Below are positions 9,889-19,734 of a stretch of DNA of 64,000 nt, one piece after another. The notes below the pieces were generated by a model that was given only the letters and a program-made list of their open reading frames with translations, was not told the DNA's origin and searched no databases. Within the stretch, counting starts at the first letter, position 1; every line of letters starts with the position of its first letter. The translations under genes were made by a program, and so were the position numbers. The stretch is from Candidatus Iainarchaeum sp. (GTDB taxonomy: Archaea; Iainarchaeota; Iainarchaeia; Iainarchaeales; GCA-2688035): positions 64,001-128,000 of the forward strand of contig JAFCCL010000002.1 of the NCBI GenBank assembly GCA_017610205.1. Reading direction: 5' to 3'.

Positions 9889-10812
9889 ATGCCAGAACTT
9901 ACAATTGACTTTCATACACACCTGCTTGAAAAAAGAATTAAGCCAGAAGACTATTGGAAAGCCGCAAAGGCAAAAAAGCTTGATGCAATAGCCATAACAG
10001 AGCATTCGTTTGAAAATCCGGCAAAAGCTTACGAAATGCTTTTGGAAAAAAAACCAAGAGGAATAACATTAATTCCAGGAATTGAAATTTCAAGCGAAGC
10101 AGGACATTTACTTGTTCTTGGAAAAAACAAAGACATTTACAGCATTGAAAGCCTTTTCAGAAAAGGAATTTCAATAAAAGAAGCAATGGCAATAGCAAAA
10201 GTCAAAGGCCTGCTATTAATCATTGCCCACCCATGGGGATTTTCAAGCGACAGTGCAGCATATATTTTGGGAGAAAAAAAACTCAAAGCACTTGTTGAAA
10301 AAGAAAAAATAGGAATAGAAGCATTCAACGGAATGTTTGGAAACGTAAGCTCGTTTTTTTATGCAACCAACTGGGTTAGAAAACCAATGAACTTTTTTGA
10401 CTTTTTGGAAAAAAGCCGCATTGGGAAAAAAACAAGACTAAGCAAGCTTGGCAAAAAAGGCAGGGAAAAACTTGACAAAAAAGGAAAAGAAATTCTTGAA
10501 AGATGCACAAAACCATTTGAACTAAGTAAAAATGCAGCATTTGTTACAGCAGGAAGCGATGCCCACAACCCTAAAAGGATTGGAACAGGAATTATAAAAC
10601 TTACAACAAAAGGAAAAGATATAGAAAGCATTTTGAACGCAGTGCAAAACAAAAAGAATGTGAAATGGATTGGACCCTATGTAAAAGAAACAAGCAAAGG
10701 ATACACAATTGACAAAACATCCATGCAAAAAAAAGAAGTGCTAAGCGGATTAAAGTATGCAACAAAGAGCAAAATTGTTAAAAAAATAAAAAGGAAAAAA
10801 TCTAATTCTTAA
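9889..10812 (+). CDS. PHP domain metal-dependent phosphoesterase
   Basis: DFHTH, AITEH, PGIEIS..GH, AHP, GSDAH. Confidence 0.9.
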   Translation: MPELTIDFHTHLLEKRIKPEDYWKAAKAKKLDAIAITEHSFENPAKAYEMLLEKKPRGITLIPGIEISSEAGHLLVLGKNKDIYSIESLFRKGISIKEAMAIAKVKGLLLIIAHPWGFSSDSAAYILGEKKLKALVEKEKIGIEAFNGMFGNVSSFFYATNWVRKPMNFFDFLEKSRIGKKTRLSKLGKKGREKLDKKGKEILERCTKPFELSKNAAFVTAGSDAHNPKRIGTGIIKLTTKGKDIESILNAVQNKKNVKWIGPYVKETSKGYTIDKTSMQKKEVLSGLKYATKSKIVKKIKRKKSNS

Positions 10813-10846
10813 AAGCATGAATTTAAATAATTCTTTGTCCTAAATT

Positions 10847-11263
10847 GTGTGCATGATTTTTTCTGTTTTAACCGGAATGCCATTAAAGGACATTCCAAAA
10901 GAAGCAACACAACTTCACTTTGTAAGACCAGTAAAAAAAGAACTGGTGGAAAAAATACTAAAAAAATGCAAAGGCTTAAGACAGGCAACCATGAGCAAAA
11001 GTTGCCTTGCAAGAATGCCTAAAAAAAACATTGCCATGCTCAAAAAAAAAGGCGTAGTGGTAGAAATTGAAACAAGAGCAGGGCGTCCAATATCAGTTCC
11101 TTTGGAAAAAATGCAACAGGCTTTAGAAATGAGAAAAGATTACCAAAGCCTTAGAGAAGTTGAAAAAGTTACCGGAATTTCAAAAAGCACAGTCCATTAT
11201 TTGGAAAAATACTCCCAAAGGGCAAAGATTAAAAATGGGAAAAGAGTAATTTATTTGAAGTGA
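10847..11263 (+). CDS. DUF1699-like protein with C-terminal HTH
   Basis: LHFVRP...ILKKC..L..ATMSKS...AGRP followed by SLREVEKVTGISKSTVHY. Confidence 0.6.
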   Translation: MCMIFSVLTGMPLKDIPKEATQLHFVRPVKKELVEKILKKCKGLRQATMSKSCLARMPKKNIAMLKKKGVVVEIETRAGRPISVPLEKMQQALEMRKDYQSLREVEKVTGISKSTVHYLEKYSQRAKIKNGKRVIYLK

Positions 11264-11318
11264 AGATTAAAAATATGAAAAGAACAATTTATTTGTAAAA
11301 TTAAAACGGGGTGATTTT

Positions 11319-11645
11319 GTGGGAAACGAGTTTTTTGAACAGACTTTGATTAATCTTACAAGAAAGGGTGCAGAGGACAGAGTGCGGTTGCTTAAAAATT
11401 TGCACAAAAAAGTTATGCCAAGCCAGCTTGAAAGGATTCAAAAAAACGACAAAAGCGTCTTGCAGGAAATGTTTATGCCAAAATGGGTTTCATGGGAGCT
11501 TTTAAGGGCGTGGGCAGACAATTTCAAAAAACCAGGAAAAGGAAAGCAATGCATTTTGTGCGATGAAAAAAAAGAAAACGGCATTGACTTTAACGAAAGG
11601 TTTATCTGCGAAGGCTGTTTTGTCAGACTAAAGCAATTAGAGTGA
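11319..11645 (+). CDS. hypothetical protein with C-terminal CxxC...CxxC zinc finger
   Basis: GGGGTGA RBS and GTG start; CILC...FICEGC. Confidence 0.7.
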   Translation: MGNEFFEQTLINLTRKGAEDRVRLLKNLHKKVMPSQLERIQKNDKSVLQEMFMPKWVSWELLRAWADNFKKPGKGKQCILCDEKKENGIDFNERFICEGCFVRLKQLE

Positions 11646-11649
11646 AGGC

Positions 11650-11778
11650 CTAAGGTTTTGCAGGCTGTTGTATTCTGCAATGGCAGGCAGGGCATTCCCA
11701 TTCTGAAATTACTTTTTCTCCTTCAACATGCTCAATACCAACCCTCTGCATTTCAATTCCGCATTTTTGGCATTTCAT
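11650..11778 (-). CDS. small zinc-ribbon protein (42 aa)
   Basis: Manual translation: MKCQKCGIEMQRVGIEHVEGEKVISEWECPACHCRIQQPAKP; below the ORF-track cut-off. Confidence 0.65.
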   Translation of the reverse strand: MKCQKCGIEMQRVGIEHVEGEKVISEWECPACHCRIQQPAKP

Positions 11779-11839
11779 ATTAAATCAAAAGAAAAAGAAG
11801 TGGAACAATTTAAAAGGGTAATTTGACAGGATTTAGTGC

Positions 11840-12517
11840 ATGGCTTTAAAGGCAATTTTGTTTGATTTGGACAATACACTTATTGATTTTGTTGAATTCA
11901 AAAAACAGTGCAGCAATGCGGCAATAAGGGCAATGGTTGAAGCAGGGCTTGGAATGGAAGAAGAAAAGGCTTCAGCACTGCTTTTCAAAATGTATGATGA
12001 TTTTGGATGGGAAGATCAGAAAATTTTTGAAAAGTTTTTAAAAAAAGTTTCCGGAAAAATTGATTATAGAATTCTTGCAAGTGGGATTGCCGCTTACAGG
12101 CGTGTAAAGACAGGAAATTTGAGACCCTATCCGCGAATAATGGAAACCCTGATTAAACTTAAATCAAAAGGGCTTACTCTTGGCATTGTAAGCGATGCCC
12201 CAAAAATGCAGGCATGGCTTAGGCTGGCTGAAACAAATATTTCAGAATTTTTTGACGTTGTTGTAGCATTGGAGGACACAGGAAGAATGAAGCCTAGCAG
12301 AATGCCATTCAAACAAGCAATAAAAAAGCTTGGATTCAAATCCGAAGAAATTCTTTTCGTTGGAGACAATCCTGAAAGAGACATTAAGGGCGCAAAAGGA
12401 GTCGGAATGAAAACAGCCCTTGCCGAATACGGGCAACTTATCAAAGGAAAAAACAAGCCGGATTTTGTTCTCAAAAAACCATTTGACTTACTGAAAATTG
12501 TTGAAAAATGCAAGTAA
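11840..12517 (+). CDS. HAD-superfamily hydrolase (TIGR02253-like)
   Basis: FDLDNTL, VSD, KP, VGDNPERDI. Confidence 0.92.
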   Translation: MALKAILFDLDNTLIDFVEFKKQCSNAAIRAMVEAGLGMEEEKASALLFKMYDDFGWEDQKIFEKFLKKVSGKIDYRILASGIAAYRRVKTGNLRPYPRIMETLIKLKSKGLTLGIVSDAPKMQAWLRLAETNISEFFDVVVALEDTGRMKPSRMPFKQAIKKLGFKSEEILFVGDNPERDIKGAKGVGMKTALAEYGQLIKGKNKPDFVLKKPFDLLKIVEKCK

Positions 12518-12547
12518 AAATAAAGCACACTCCTTAACGCATAAAAT

Positions 12548-13564
12548 TTAGGTATATTCTTTGAAACGGTAGCCTTTCTTTTTCTTGAAAAAATTTCTTG
12601 AAAGGGAAATGCATTTCATTAAAGCAAGATTTATGTCTTTGCCTTTTCCGGAAAAACCAGCTGCGCCTGCATGCCCTCCTCCGCTTCCTGAAAAAGTTGC
12701 CGGAAGGTTTTGAAAAACATGTTTTGCTAAATCAAAACCTGCTTTTTTTACAACAGCCTGCGAGGCCCTTCCACTTATTCTAAGCTTTCCGTCCTCAGTA
12801 TCTCCAACAAATGCAATATCCGCCCCAATTCTTACAAGTGCAGAGGCAGCATCTGATTCAAATGCACCAACATCAGAAGCTACAACAATGTAATTTGAAA
12901 TTAGAAAAATTCTTGCCCTTTTGGCAGCTTTTAACTTTGCAATCTTTTCATCAAAAGTTTGCTTTACATGAAATAACGACGTAATTGTTGAAAAAGAGGT
13001 GTTGCTTTTTTTCAAGACCTCTGACAGAATTGCAAATGTTTTGCTGTTTGCAGTAATGAAAAAAGCCGAATCAGTTATTAGCCCGGCTGCAATACACATT
13101 GATGCCGTCTTGTTAATAGTGCAATTGCTTTTTTTAAGCCAATCAAAAACAAGCTCACAGCTTGCAACAGCATTTTGGTCTACAACACTGTTTTTCTTGC
13201 TTGCAATCTTTTTCTTGGCTAGTCTGTGATGGTCTATGAGAAAAATTTTGCCACTGAATGCAGAGATTTCGTCTGCAAGCGCATCAGCCATTTTCAAATC
13301 ATTAAAGTCAACCAAAAAAAGGCAATTGAACTCATCCAAAGATTGCCCTTTTGTCAAAGTGTAAGATATGTTTAGTTTTTTTGCAAGTGCTTTGGCAGGC
13401 AAACTAATGTGACCAGGAACAAGAATTTTTGCCTTATTTTTTTCCCTTAAAGAAAAAAACAATGCTGTGGCTGCACATATTGCGTCAACATCACAGCCAG
13501 AGTGTGTTATTAGTGCAATTCTATTTCCCTTGAATGAAGAAAGGGGCTTGACCAACAGCATCAC
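12548..13564 (-). CDS. DHH family phosphoesterase (DHH + DHHA1)
   Basis: H..DVDA, VD, IDHH, TDS, GGGHAGAAG; at the end of the exosome superoperon. Confidence 0.9.
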   Translation of the reverse strand: MMLLVKPLSSFKGNRIALITHSGCDVDAICAATALFFSLREKNKAKILVPGHISLPAKALAKKLNISYTLTKGQSLDEFNCLFLVDFNDLKMADALADEISAFSGKIFLIDHHRLAKKKIASKKNSVVDQNAVASCELVFDWLKKSNCTINKTASMCIAAGLITDSAFFITANSKTFAILSEVLKKSNTSFSTITSLFHVKQTFDEKIAKLKAAKRARIFLISNYIVVASDVGAFESDAASALVRIGADIAFVGDTEDGKLRISGRASQAVVKKAGFDLAKHVFQNLPATFSGSGGGHAGAAGFSGKGKDINLALMKCISLSRNFFKKKKGYRFKEYT

Positions 13565-13911
13565 TTTTTGGTTTCTTTCGTTGCAGGTTTGCTTCCTGCT
13601 TCAAGATCTGATTTGAGCTTGTTTAACTTATTTATTAGGCTTTCTTCCTGTTTTTGTATTGTTTTAAGCCTTAAGTCAATAGAGGTCTTCTTTTCCTCAA
13701 TGTCCTTTTTGACTTTGACAGTGTCTTCCTGAATCAGAATATTGCCAACTGCTTTGTAAACCCTTTTTTCTTTGGTTTTTCCAAGCTCTTCTAACGCCTG
13801 CTTCAAAGTCATGCTTTGAACCTGCATCTGCTGCTTTTGCTGTGAAACGCCATACAGTTGTGCTCTGTTTCTTTCAAATTCTTCGATTTTTGATTGATTT
13901 ATTTCAGCCAT
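13561..13911 (-). CDS. pfdB: prefoldin beta subunit
   Basis: Coiled coils flanking VYKAVGNILI; operon context. Confidence 0.92.
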   Translation of the reverse strand: MAEINQSKIEEFERNRAQLYGVSQQKQQMQVQSMTLKQALEELGKTKEKRVYKAVGNILIQEDTVKVKKDIEEKKTSIDLRLKTIQKQEESLINKLNKLKSDLEAGSKPATKETKK

Positions 13912-13914
13912 TTT

Positions 13915-14178
13915 TTAAACCTCCATGACATTTTTTACAAGAATAATTGAATTCAGACACCAGTTAATGGAAGCCCTCATTGCAACTGCATCCTGTGCTT
14001 TAATATTAATGGAAATGATTCTGTTTTTAATACCAAGTGAAATTGTGCTTCTTTTCAAATGCCTTGCACTAATATCAGGAAAAATCGTCTTGTAGGCAAT
14101 ACTTGCACCTTTTTCATTTGAAAAATGAAGATTTAGGCAAAGTTCAAATTTATCTTGCTTTGATATCCTTTGCGACAT
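13915..14178 (-). CDS. pcc1: KEOPS complex subunit Pcc1
   Basis: INIKAQDAVAMRASINWCL; lies between rpo12 and pfdB. Confidence 0.85.
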   Translation of the reverse strand: MSQRISKQDKFELCLNLHFSNEKGASIAYKTIFPDISARHLKRSTISLGIKNRIISINIKAQDAVAMRASINWCLNSIILVKNVMEV

Positions 14179-14287
14179 TTTCCCTCATCTTGTGAAGTAT
14201 TTTACTTGCACAGCTTGGGCATCTAATCATACCAGGCTGTAATTCAGAAATGATTTCTCCACATTTTGCACATCTATAACTTGCCAT
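14150..14287 (-). CDS. rpo12: DNA-directed RNA polymerase subunit Rpo12 (P)
   Basis: Manual translation: MASYRCAKCGEIISELQPGMIRCPSCASKILHKMRENVAKDIKAR; GGTGAG RBS; conserved position after rpl37ae. Confidence 0.92.
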   Translation of the reverse strand: MASYRCAKCGEIISELQPGMIRCPSCASKILHKMRENVAKDIKAR

Positions 14288-14308
14288 TTGCTCACCTTTT
14301 TTTAAAAA

Positions 14309-14695
14309 CTATTTTTTTTCTTTTTTCTTTTTTTCAGGTTCTTTTTTCTTTTTTTTGTCTTCTTTTTTTTCCTCAACAGGTTTTTCTTCAGGAACATTTT
14401 CAATCAGTTCATCAAGGGCCTTGTTCTTTAAAACAAAAGACTTTTGCGCAACTGTTTTCTTTATGATTGAACCAGGCATTGTAACAGGCAAATATGCTCC
14501 GCCTGCAAAGCTTGCGTGGCATTTTCTACACACATAAAGACCTGCTGCCTTTCTTTTCACTTTTTTAAAACCACAAAACGGGCAAGCATATGTTTTTTGC
14601 TGTTTATCTTCTATTTTAAGAAGTCTTTTTCTTATGCCCACTCCATATCGGCTTCCAAACCGTCCTGTTTTTCTGACTTTTTTTGTACTGCCCAT
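14309..14695 (-). CDS. rpl37ae: 50S ribosomal protein L37ae (eL43) with K/E-rich tail
   Basis: GRFGSRYG, CPFC, CRKC, FAGGAY. Confidence 0.96.
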   Translation of the reverse strand: MGSTKKVRKTGRFGSRYGVGIRKRLLKIEDKQQKTYACPFCGFKKVKRKAAGLYVCRKCHASFAGGAYLPVTMPGSIIKKTVAQKSFVLKNKALDELIENVPEEKPVEEKKEDKKKKKEPEKKKKEKK

Positions 14696-14709
14696 TTTTG
14701 AAAAACTCC

Positions 14710-15489
14710 TTACACTAATTTCCTCAATTCTTTTGCACTTTTAAAAGATAAGTCAATACATTCATCTATTTCACTTACCTTAAAAGAGCCTCCAAAACCT
14801 TTCTGGAAAGCACACATTGTTTTATCGTCTGAAACAGCACAGCTGAACCTTGCATCCTGAGCTTTTTCTTCAATAAGAACAGGATCCAAAACAAGATTTC
14901 CTGCAATCTTTGAAACTGTTGTAAGAAGCGGTTGTTTTGCAAGTTTGAGTTTTCCACTGTACTCATGCTTTACAACTTTATCGTCTTCGATCTTCGGAAT
15001 CTTTGTCTCGTTCAATGCAGCAAGAGCCGCAATGCTTCCTGCGTCAAATGCATTGCCGTCATAGTTTGTTACATAAAAATCTATGAATGCAATCCAAACA
15101 AGTTCTCCTTCTCTTACACAAAGACTTTTGAAGTCTATTGCCTTGCCTTCTCTTATGCCCCTGTCAACAACTCTTGCAATTTCTATTGCATTCTCTCTTG
15201 GAGGACCAACCTCAAATTGAGGGCTTGCCAAAGGCAAAAGCTCTACTCCAACACTGATTGTTCCCTTGTCAGGATTATCAGGGTAGGGTGTTCCCAGAAC
15301 CATCTTTACACCGGCCATAACCTCTGTTTTGCCAAGGGTTACTTTGGCACTTCCGTCGGCATTGTCACTTATATTTTTTAGAACTGTTACTTTTCTTCGT
15401 TCATCCAATTTCCTGCCGTCAACCCTTTTACCTTCCTTAATCAAGGAAGTTACCTTATTGGCTTCAATATCCCATATCATTTTTTCCAT
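14710..15489 (-). CDS. rrp42: exosome complex component Rrp42
   Basis: GKRVDGR, ADGSAKVTLG, EIARVVDRGIRE, YDGNAFDA. Confidence 0.95.
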   Translation of the reverse strand: MEKMIWDIEANKVTSLIKEGKRVDGRKLDERRKVTVLKNISDNADGSAKVTLGKTEVMAGVKMVLGTPYPDNPDKGTISVGVELLPLASPQFEVGPPRENAIEIARVVDRGIREGKAIDFKSLCVREGELVWIAFIDFYVTNYDGNAFDAGSIAALAALNETKIPKIEDDKVVKHEYSGKLKLAKQPLLTTVSKIAGNLVLDPVLIEEKAQDARFSCAVSDDKTMCAFQKGFGGSFKVSEIDECIDLSFKSAKELRKLV

Positions 15490-15495
15490 TCAAAA

Positions 15496-16233
15496 TCACT
15501 TCCCTTTCTCCACTTTGGCAAATTTTTCTCTCAAAGCCACTTTTTGTGCCTCATAAACCTGATTACAGCCTTGAATGCCAAGCTTTACAGCCTTATTCCA
15601 TTCAGGTTTTGTGATTGGGCCATCCATCTGCAAAAGAACAATTTCTTCAGTTCTTGGCATTATTGCAATTGGAATATCAACTGCATCAGGCGCATCTTCC
15701 TCGTCCTTATTCAGGTCAAGAATTATTTCACCACCTGCCTTTCCAACTCCAACAGCACATACAAGATCCTTCATTGGAATTCCTGCATCTGCAAGTGCAA
15801 CACTTGCAGCTGTTATTCCTGCCGCCCTTGAACCTGCGTTGCTATCAAAAATCTCAACATAGATATCAATTGCACAGTTTGGAAACCTTTCAAGGAAAAT
15901 TGACTTTTCCAAAGCTTCTCCTGAAACCTTGCTTATTTCAGATTCACGTCTTCCTGGTCGTGGATTTTTCCTGTCAGGAACGCTAAATGTTGCCATTCTG
16001 TAAGTAAACCTCACTAGTCCCTTGTAGGGATTCTGCTTGTGTTTTGGCAAAGCCTCTTTTGGTCCGTGCACTCCAACCAACACCTTGTTCTGCCCCCATT
16101 CAAGGTAAGCTGAACCATCAGCGTTTGGTAAAACACCAACCTTCATTTTCAAAGGCCTTATTTCGTCAACTTTTCTTCCATCAAGCCTTTTTCCGTTTTT
16201 TACATATTCAATTTTTTCATCTTTTTTAGCCAT
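15496..16233 (-). CDS. rrp41: exosome complex exonuclease Rrp41
   Basis: RLDGR...IRP, ADGSAYLEWG, RRESEISKV, DLNKDEED, LLQMDG. Confidence 0.96.
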   Translation of the reverse strand: MAKKDEKIEYVKNGKRLDGRKVDEIRPLKMKVGVLPNADGSAYLEWGQNKVLVGVHGPKEALPKHKQNPYKGLVRFTYRMATFSVPDRKNPRPGRRESEISKVSGEALEKSIFLERFPNCAIDIYVEIFDSNAGSRAAGITAASVALADAGIPMKDLVCAVGVGKAGGEIILDLNKDEEDAPDAVDIPIAIMPRTEEIVLLQMDGPITKPEWNKAVKLGIQGCNQVYEAQKVALREKFAKVEKGK

Positions 16234-16961
16234 TATTCATTCACCTTTTTCCCTTTTAAAAATGCTTCAACTTTTACAGTAAGATTGTCCAAGTGAGCTT
16301 CTGATTCAATCAAATTAATTGCTTCAGCAAGCTTTTTTTGATCTCCGCCCTTTGACCAAATCCAACCGTTTCTTCCAATTAGAAGGCTGGATCCTGTTCC
16401 CTCTTTGAGAACAGCAAGCATGCTTCCATTTTTTCCAATCATTCTTGGAACCTTTGCAGGAACCACCCTAATTATTGTGCCACCGTAAAAAACACGCACA
16501 TCAAAAAGGTCTGCTTCATTTACTTCGTTTACGCTGTCAATTTTAGCGCTTACAATGCTTCCCTTTTCAAGCCTGTCCCTGCATTTGTCTGCAGAAAGAT
16601 AACAAGAATAAATACTGTTTATGTCAACCATATAACCCTTTATTGTTTCCCTTTCAACAATTCCCACAATAAGATCGTCCCTTTGAGGGAGATATATTCC
16701 TGAAAGCGGGACAACATACGCTGTTCCTGAATTAGGGTAAGTTATTCCAAGAGCGTCTGAATAAATCTTGCCATTTTCAATAAAAACATGCTGACCTAAT
16801 TTTTTTCTTCCCTCAGCAATAAGATCTCCGGGAATAACTATTTTTTTCTCTTTGTGTTCAGCCCTGCCCTCTTCAGGCATTGGCTTTGCTTCGGCCTTTG
16901 TTTCTTTAGCCACAGGCACTGCATCTTTTGGCATTGCCATTTCCTCTTTTTTATTTTCCAT
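16233..16961 (-). CDS. rrp4: exosome RNA-binding protein Rrp4
   Basis: IVIPGD, S1 domain, KH motif VPRMIGKNGSM, GRNGWIW. Confidence 0.95.
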   Translation of the reverse strand: MENKKEEMAMPKDAVPVAKETKAEAKPMPEEGRAEHKEKKIVIPGDLIAEGRKKLGQHVFIENGKIYSDALGITYPNSGTAYVVPLSGIYLPQRDDLIVGIVERETIKGYMVDINSIYSCYLSADKCRDRLEKGSIVSAKIDSVNEVNEADLFDVRVFYGGTIIRVVPAKVPRMIGKNGSMLAVLKEGTGSSLLIGRNGWIWSKGGDQKKLAEAINLIESEAHLDNLTVKVEAFLKGKKVNE

Positions 16962-16969
16962 TTATAAAA

Positions 16970-17665
16970 TCACTTCTCCAAAATTTTTGTTTCAACATCA
17001 CCATGGCATGTACCGTTCAAGTCGTTCAAAAAATCCTGCCTTAAACCCGCAGGCATTTCAACAACGGCAACAAGGTTTCCGTTGCCCTGCCATTCCTCTT
17101 TTAGCAATTTATACTTGTGCAATATGTGCTCGGTTTTTGCGGCATGAACTGCAGGAATCTTAATTGCAATCTTTATCTGTTCAAGGGAAATCGGAAGAAT
17201 TTTTTTCAGCTCCTTCAAAATGCCCGAAACCTGCTCTTCAACACCTTTCATTTCATCAATCTTTATTTTGGCTTCAGCCAAAGCATTTTCAATTCTTTGC
17301 GGCGGATGCGGAGCATTTGTCTGAGGATTCATTGCATTTCTTGAAATAAACTCAATAACCTCTTTTACCCTGATATCCCTTATATGCCTTCTCTGCTCTG
17401 TTGTAAGCTGAACATTGCCCTGGTTGACAATCTTTTTGGCTATTTCAAAAACGTCGGTTGTTGCAAATGCCTTATTTAAGGCTTCAGGACTCTGCTCTGT
17501 TCCCTTTGCAGCATCTTTGAAAACCGTTTCCACAGCAAGCAAGTCTGAAAAATCTACAGGATTTCCTTTTCTCAGCTCAAGAGCAAGATCAGGATCTACA
17601 AGAATTTCAAACTTTTCTCCGTGGCTGTCAAACCTTGCGGTTACAGCATCTTCCAATTTGACCAT
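16970..17665 (-). CDS. ribosome assembly factor SBDS
   Basis: GEKFEILVDP, VFKDAAKG, QLTTEQRR, PHPPQRIENA. Confidence 0.96.
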   Translation of the reverse strand: MVKLEDAVTARFDSHGEKFEILVDPDLALELRKGNPVDFSDLLAVETVFKDAAKGTEQSPEALNKAFATTDVFEIAKKIVNQGNVQLTTEQRRHIRDIRVKEVIEFISRNAMNPQTNAPHPPQRIENALAEAKIKIDEMKGVEEQVSGILKELKKILPISLEQIKIAIKIPAVHAAKTEHILHKYKLLKEEWQGNGNLVAVVEMPAGLRQDFLNDLNGTCHGDVETKILEK

Positions 17666-17686
17666 TGGTCAAAACTCCTTTTCATT

Positions 17687-18412
17687 TTATTTTTTCCCTA
17701 AAATAGATTTGAGCTTTTGAAGTGAAATCCTTTCAAAAGGTTTTTCTTTTTCAACAAAAGCAAAATCCAAACTATTAACATCAAATTTTCTCTTTTCTCC
17801 AAGACCTTTTTCCAAAGCCTTGAGAGCAAGAGCAATTGCAGAATCAAAAGAAAACCCTTCCTTGAAATTCTTTTCAAGAAAATGCATTGCCTCCTTTTTT
17901 CCCTTTCCAATTGTAATTGCAGTATATTCTGCCAGTGCCCCACTTGGCTCTGTTTCAAAAAGCCTTGAGCCTGTCTGGTCAACTCCGCCAATAATGAATG
18001 AAACCCCAAAAGGCCTCATTCCAGCATACTGGGTAAATAATTGTTTTATTCCTGAAACCTCTTTTACAAGTGTTTCAACCTGAATGTCTTCCTCGTAGTA
18101 CATTTGATTTTCCTGTGCTTCTTTTCGTGCAAGCTGAACAAGCCTTCTTGCATCTCCGACCAAACCAGAGGAAATTGCTCCAATGTGGTGGTCTATTTTG
18201 AAAATTTTTTCAATGCTGTATGGCTTCAAAAGCTTGCTTGTAACATTTTTGTCTGCTCCAAAAAGCACACCGTTGTTGTAAGCCATTGCCAGTCCAAGCG
18301 TTCCCTGTTCCACAATCTTGCTTGCGTATTCAACCTGATACAGCCTTCCATCAGGACTAAACATTGTACTAACTCTGTCATATGCACTGCTTTTTCTAGA
18401 ACCAGGATACAT
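17687..18412 (-). CDS. psmA: proteasome alpha subunit
   Basis: YDRVSTMFSPDGRLYQVEYA, RPFGVS, EPSG. Confidence 0.97.
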   Translation of the reverse strand: MYPGSRKSSAYDRVSTMFSPDGRLYQVEYASKIVEQGTLGLAMAYNNGVLFGADKNVTSKLLKPYSIEKIFKIDHHIGAISSGLVGDARRLVQLARKEAQENQMYYEEDIQVETLVKEVSGIKQLFTQYAGMRPFGVSFIIGGVDQTGSRLFETEPSGALAEYTAITIGKGKKEAMHFLEKNFKEGFSFDSAIALALKALEKGLGEKRKFDVNSLDFAFVEKEKPFERISLQKLKSILGKK

Positions 18413-18587
18413 TAAAAATCCCTCAAAAAATTCCTCTTCTTTCTCTTTTTCTCTACTTTATAATTTTAATAACGGAAGTTATAAAAAGGTTGTTAAAAAG
18501 CTACAAAACACAAGAAAACCAGCAATTTCCAACAATAAGAAAGATTAATTAAAGCAGAAGGGATGAAATTATTAAAGGAGAGAAAAA

Positions 18588-19727
18588 ATGACTGCAAAGA
18601 AGGTAAAAAAAAGAGCAACAAAAGGAACAAAACGCAGAAGACGTTATCTAACAGAAAGAAAAGCAGCAATGCAAATGAACACTATTTACAATATGTTCGA
18701 AAAAGGAAAAACAGTAAAGCAGATTAGAAAAAAGCTTGGAATGACATCCGGAAAGTTTAGTTTATATGTAAGTGTCTTAAGAGAAGGCACTAAAAGAACA
18801 AAACCGTCATTCATTCCACCAAAAGGAGTTTACAATTGGAGCAGGGCAAAAGCAAGAAGAGTAGAAAACCTTATAGAATATGCAACAAAAATCATTAAGG
18901 GAGAAAAAGCTGCTAAAGCCAAACAAAGAAAGCCAGGTGTTGTGCCATGGGCATTGCCAAAAACAGTACATAGAAAAATAACTACAGCGCTGATGAAAGA
19001 CCCCTTCAGAAGCAGCAACGCAATATCAAAAGTGGAAGGAGCTAGCCCTAACACGGTTGTAAGGCAAAGAAGAATACTTGAAAGCAAAGGACTAATTCCA
19101 GTAGTAAGCAGAAGCAAGATAATGAAAAATGCAGAGAGAAAGCCTGAGAGGACAATAGATTATTTAGACAAAAAACGCAGGAAAACAATACTGGAGGAAA
19201 AGAAAAAGGCAATTGAATCAACGGCAAAACGTCTCTACAGAGAAAACAGAGTTGCGTTTGATGGAACAGATGCCCTGCCAGAACAAATACCTGAAGAAAT
19301 AGCTGAAAGAATGGAGTGGAGGCTAAGAACATTTAATCCAAAGAACTGGAAGGGTTCAGAAAAAGTTAAAGTAAACAAGTTCTTTTATTCTGCACTAAGC
19401 AGCATTAAATTCGATATAAGAAGAACTGCTTGGAAACAATATTCAAGGCAAAAATTGGAATCGCTTGAAACAGGAATGGAAGAAAAACAAGACAGGAAAC
19501 GTACTCTACAGGCAAAACCAGAATCCAAAGAAATCACAGTAAAACAACTGGAAATGATAAGCGATGGATTAAAATTAAATCTTTTGGAAAAGGCAGTTTT
19601 GTTTGGACACGCAGCAGGCTTAACTGGGAGCAAAATAGCAGAAGTAACAGGATACAGTGAAGCAAGAATCAATCAAAAAAAATTCGAGTATCAAAAGAGA
19701 ATACAGAAAATAATTTCAAAAAAGTGA
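18588..19727 (+). CDS. basic multi-HTH protein with sigma-70-like regions 2 and 4
   Basis: GGAG RBS; two N-terminal HTH-like segments; LRTFNP...FFYSALSSIKFDIRR (region 2-like); LNLLEKAVL...GLTGSKIAEVTGYSEARINQ (region 4-like). Confidence 0.7.
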   Translation: MTAKKVKKRATKGTKRRRRYLTERKAAMQMNTIYNMFEKGKTVKQIRKKLGMTSGKFSLYVSVLREGTKRTKPSFIPPKGVYNWSRAKARRVENLIEYATKIIKGEKAAKAKQRKPGVVPWALPKTVHRKITTALMKDPFRSSNAISKVEGASPNTVVRQRRILESKGLIPVVSRSKIMKNAERKPERTIDYLDKKRRKTILEEKKKAIESTAKRLYRENRVAFDGTDALPEQIPEEIAERMEWRLRTFNPKNWKGSEKVKVNKFFYSALSSIKFDIRRTAWKQYSRQKLESLETGMEEKQDRKRTLQAKPESKEITVKQLEMISDGLKLNLLEKAVLFGHAAGLTGSKIAEVTGYSEARINQKKFEYQKRIQKIISKK

Positions 19728-19734
19728 ACGCTGT

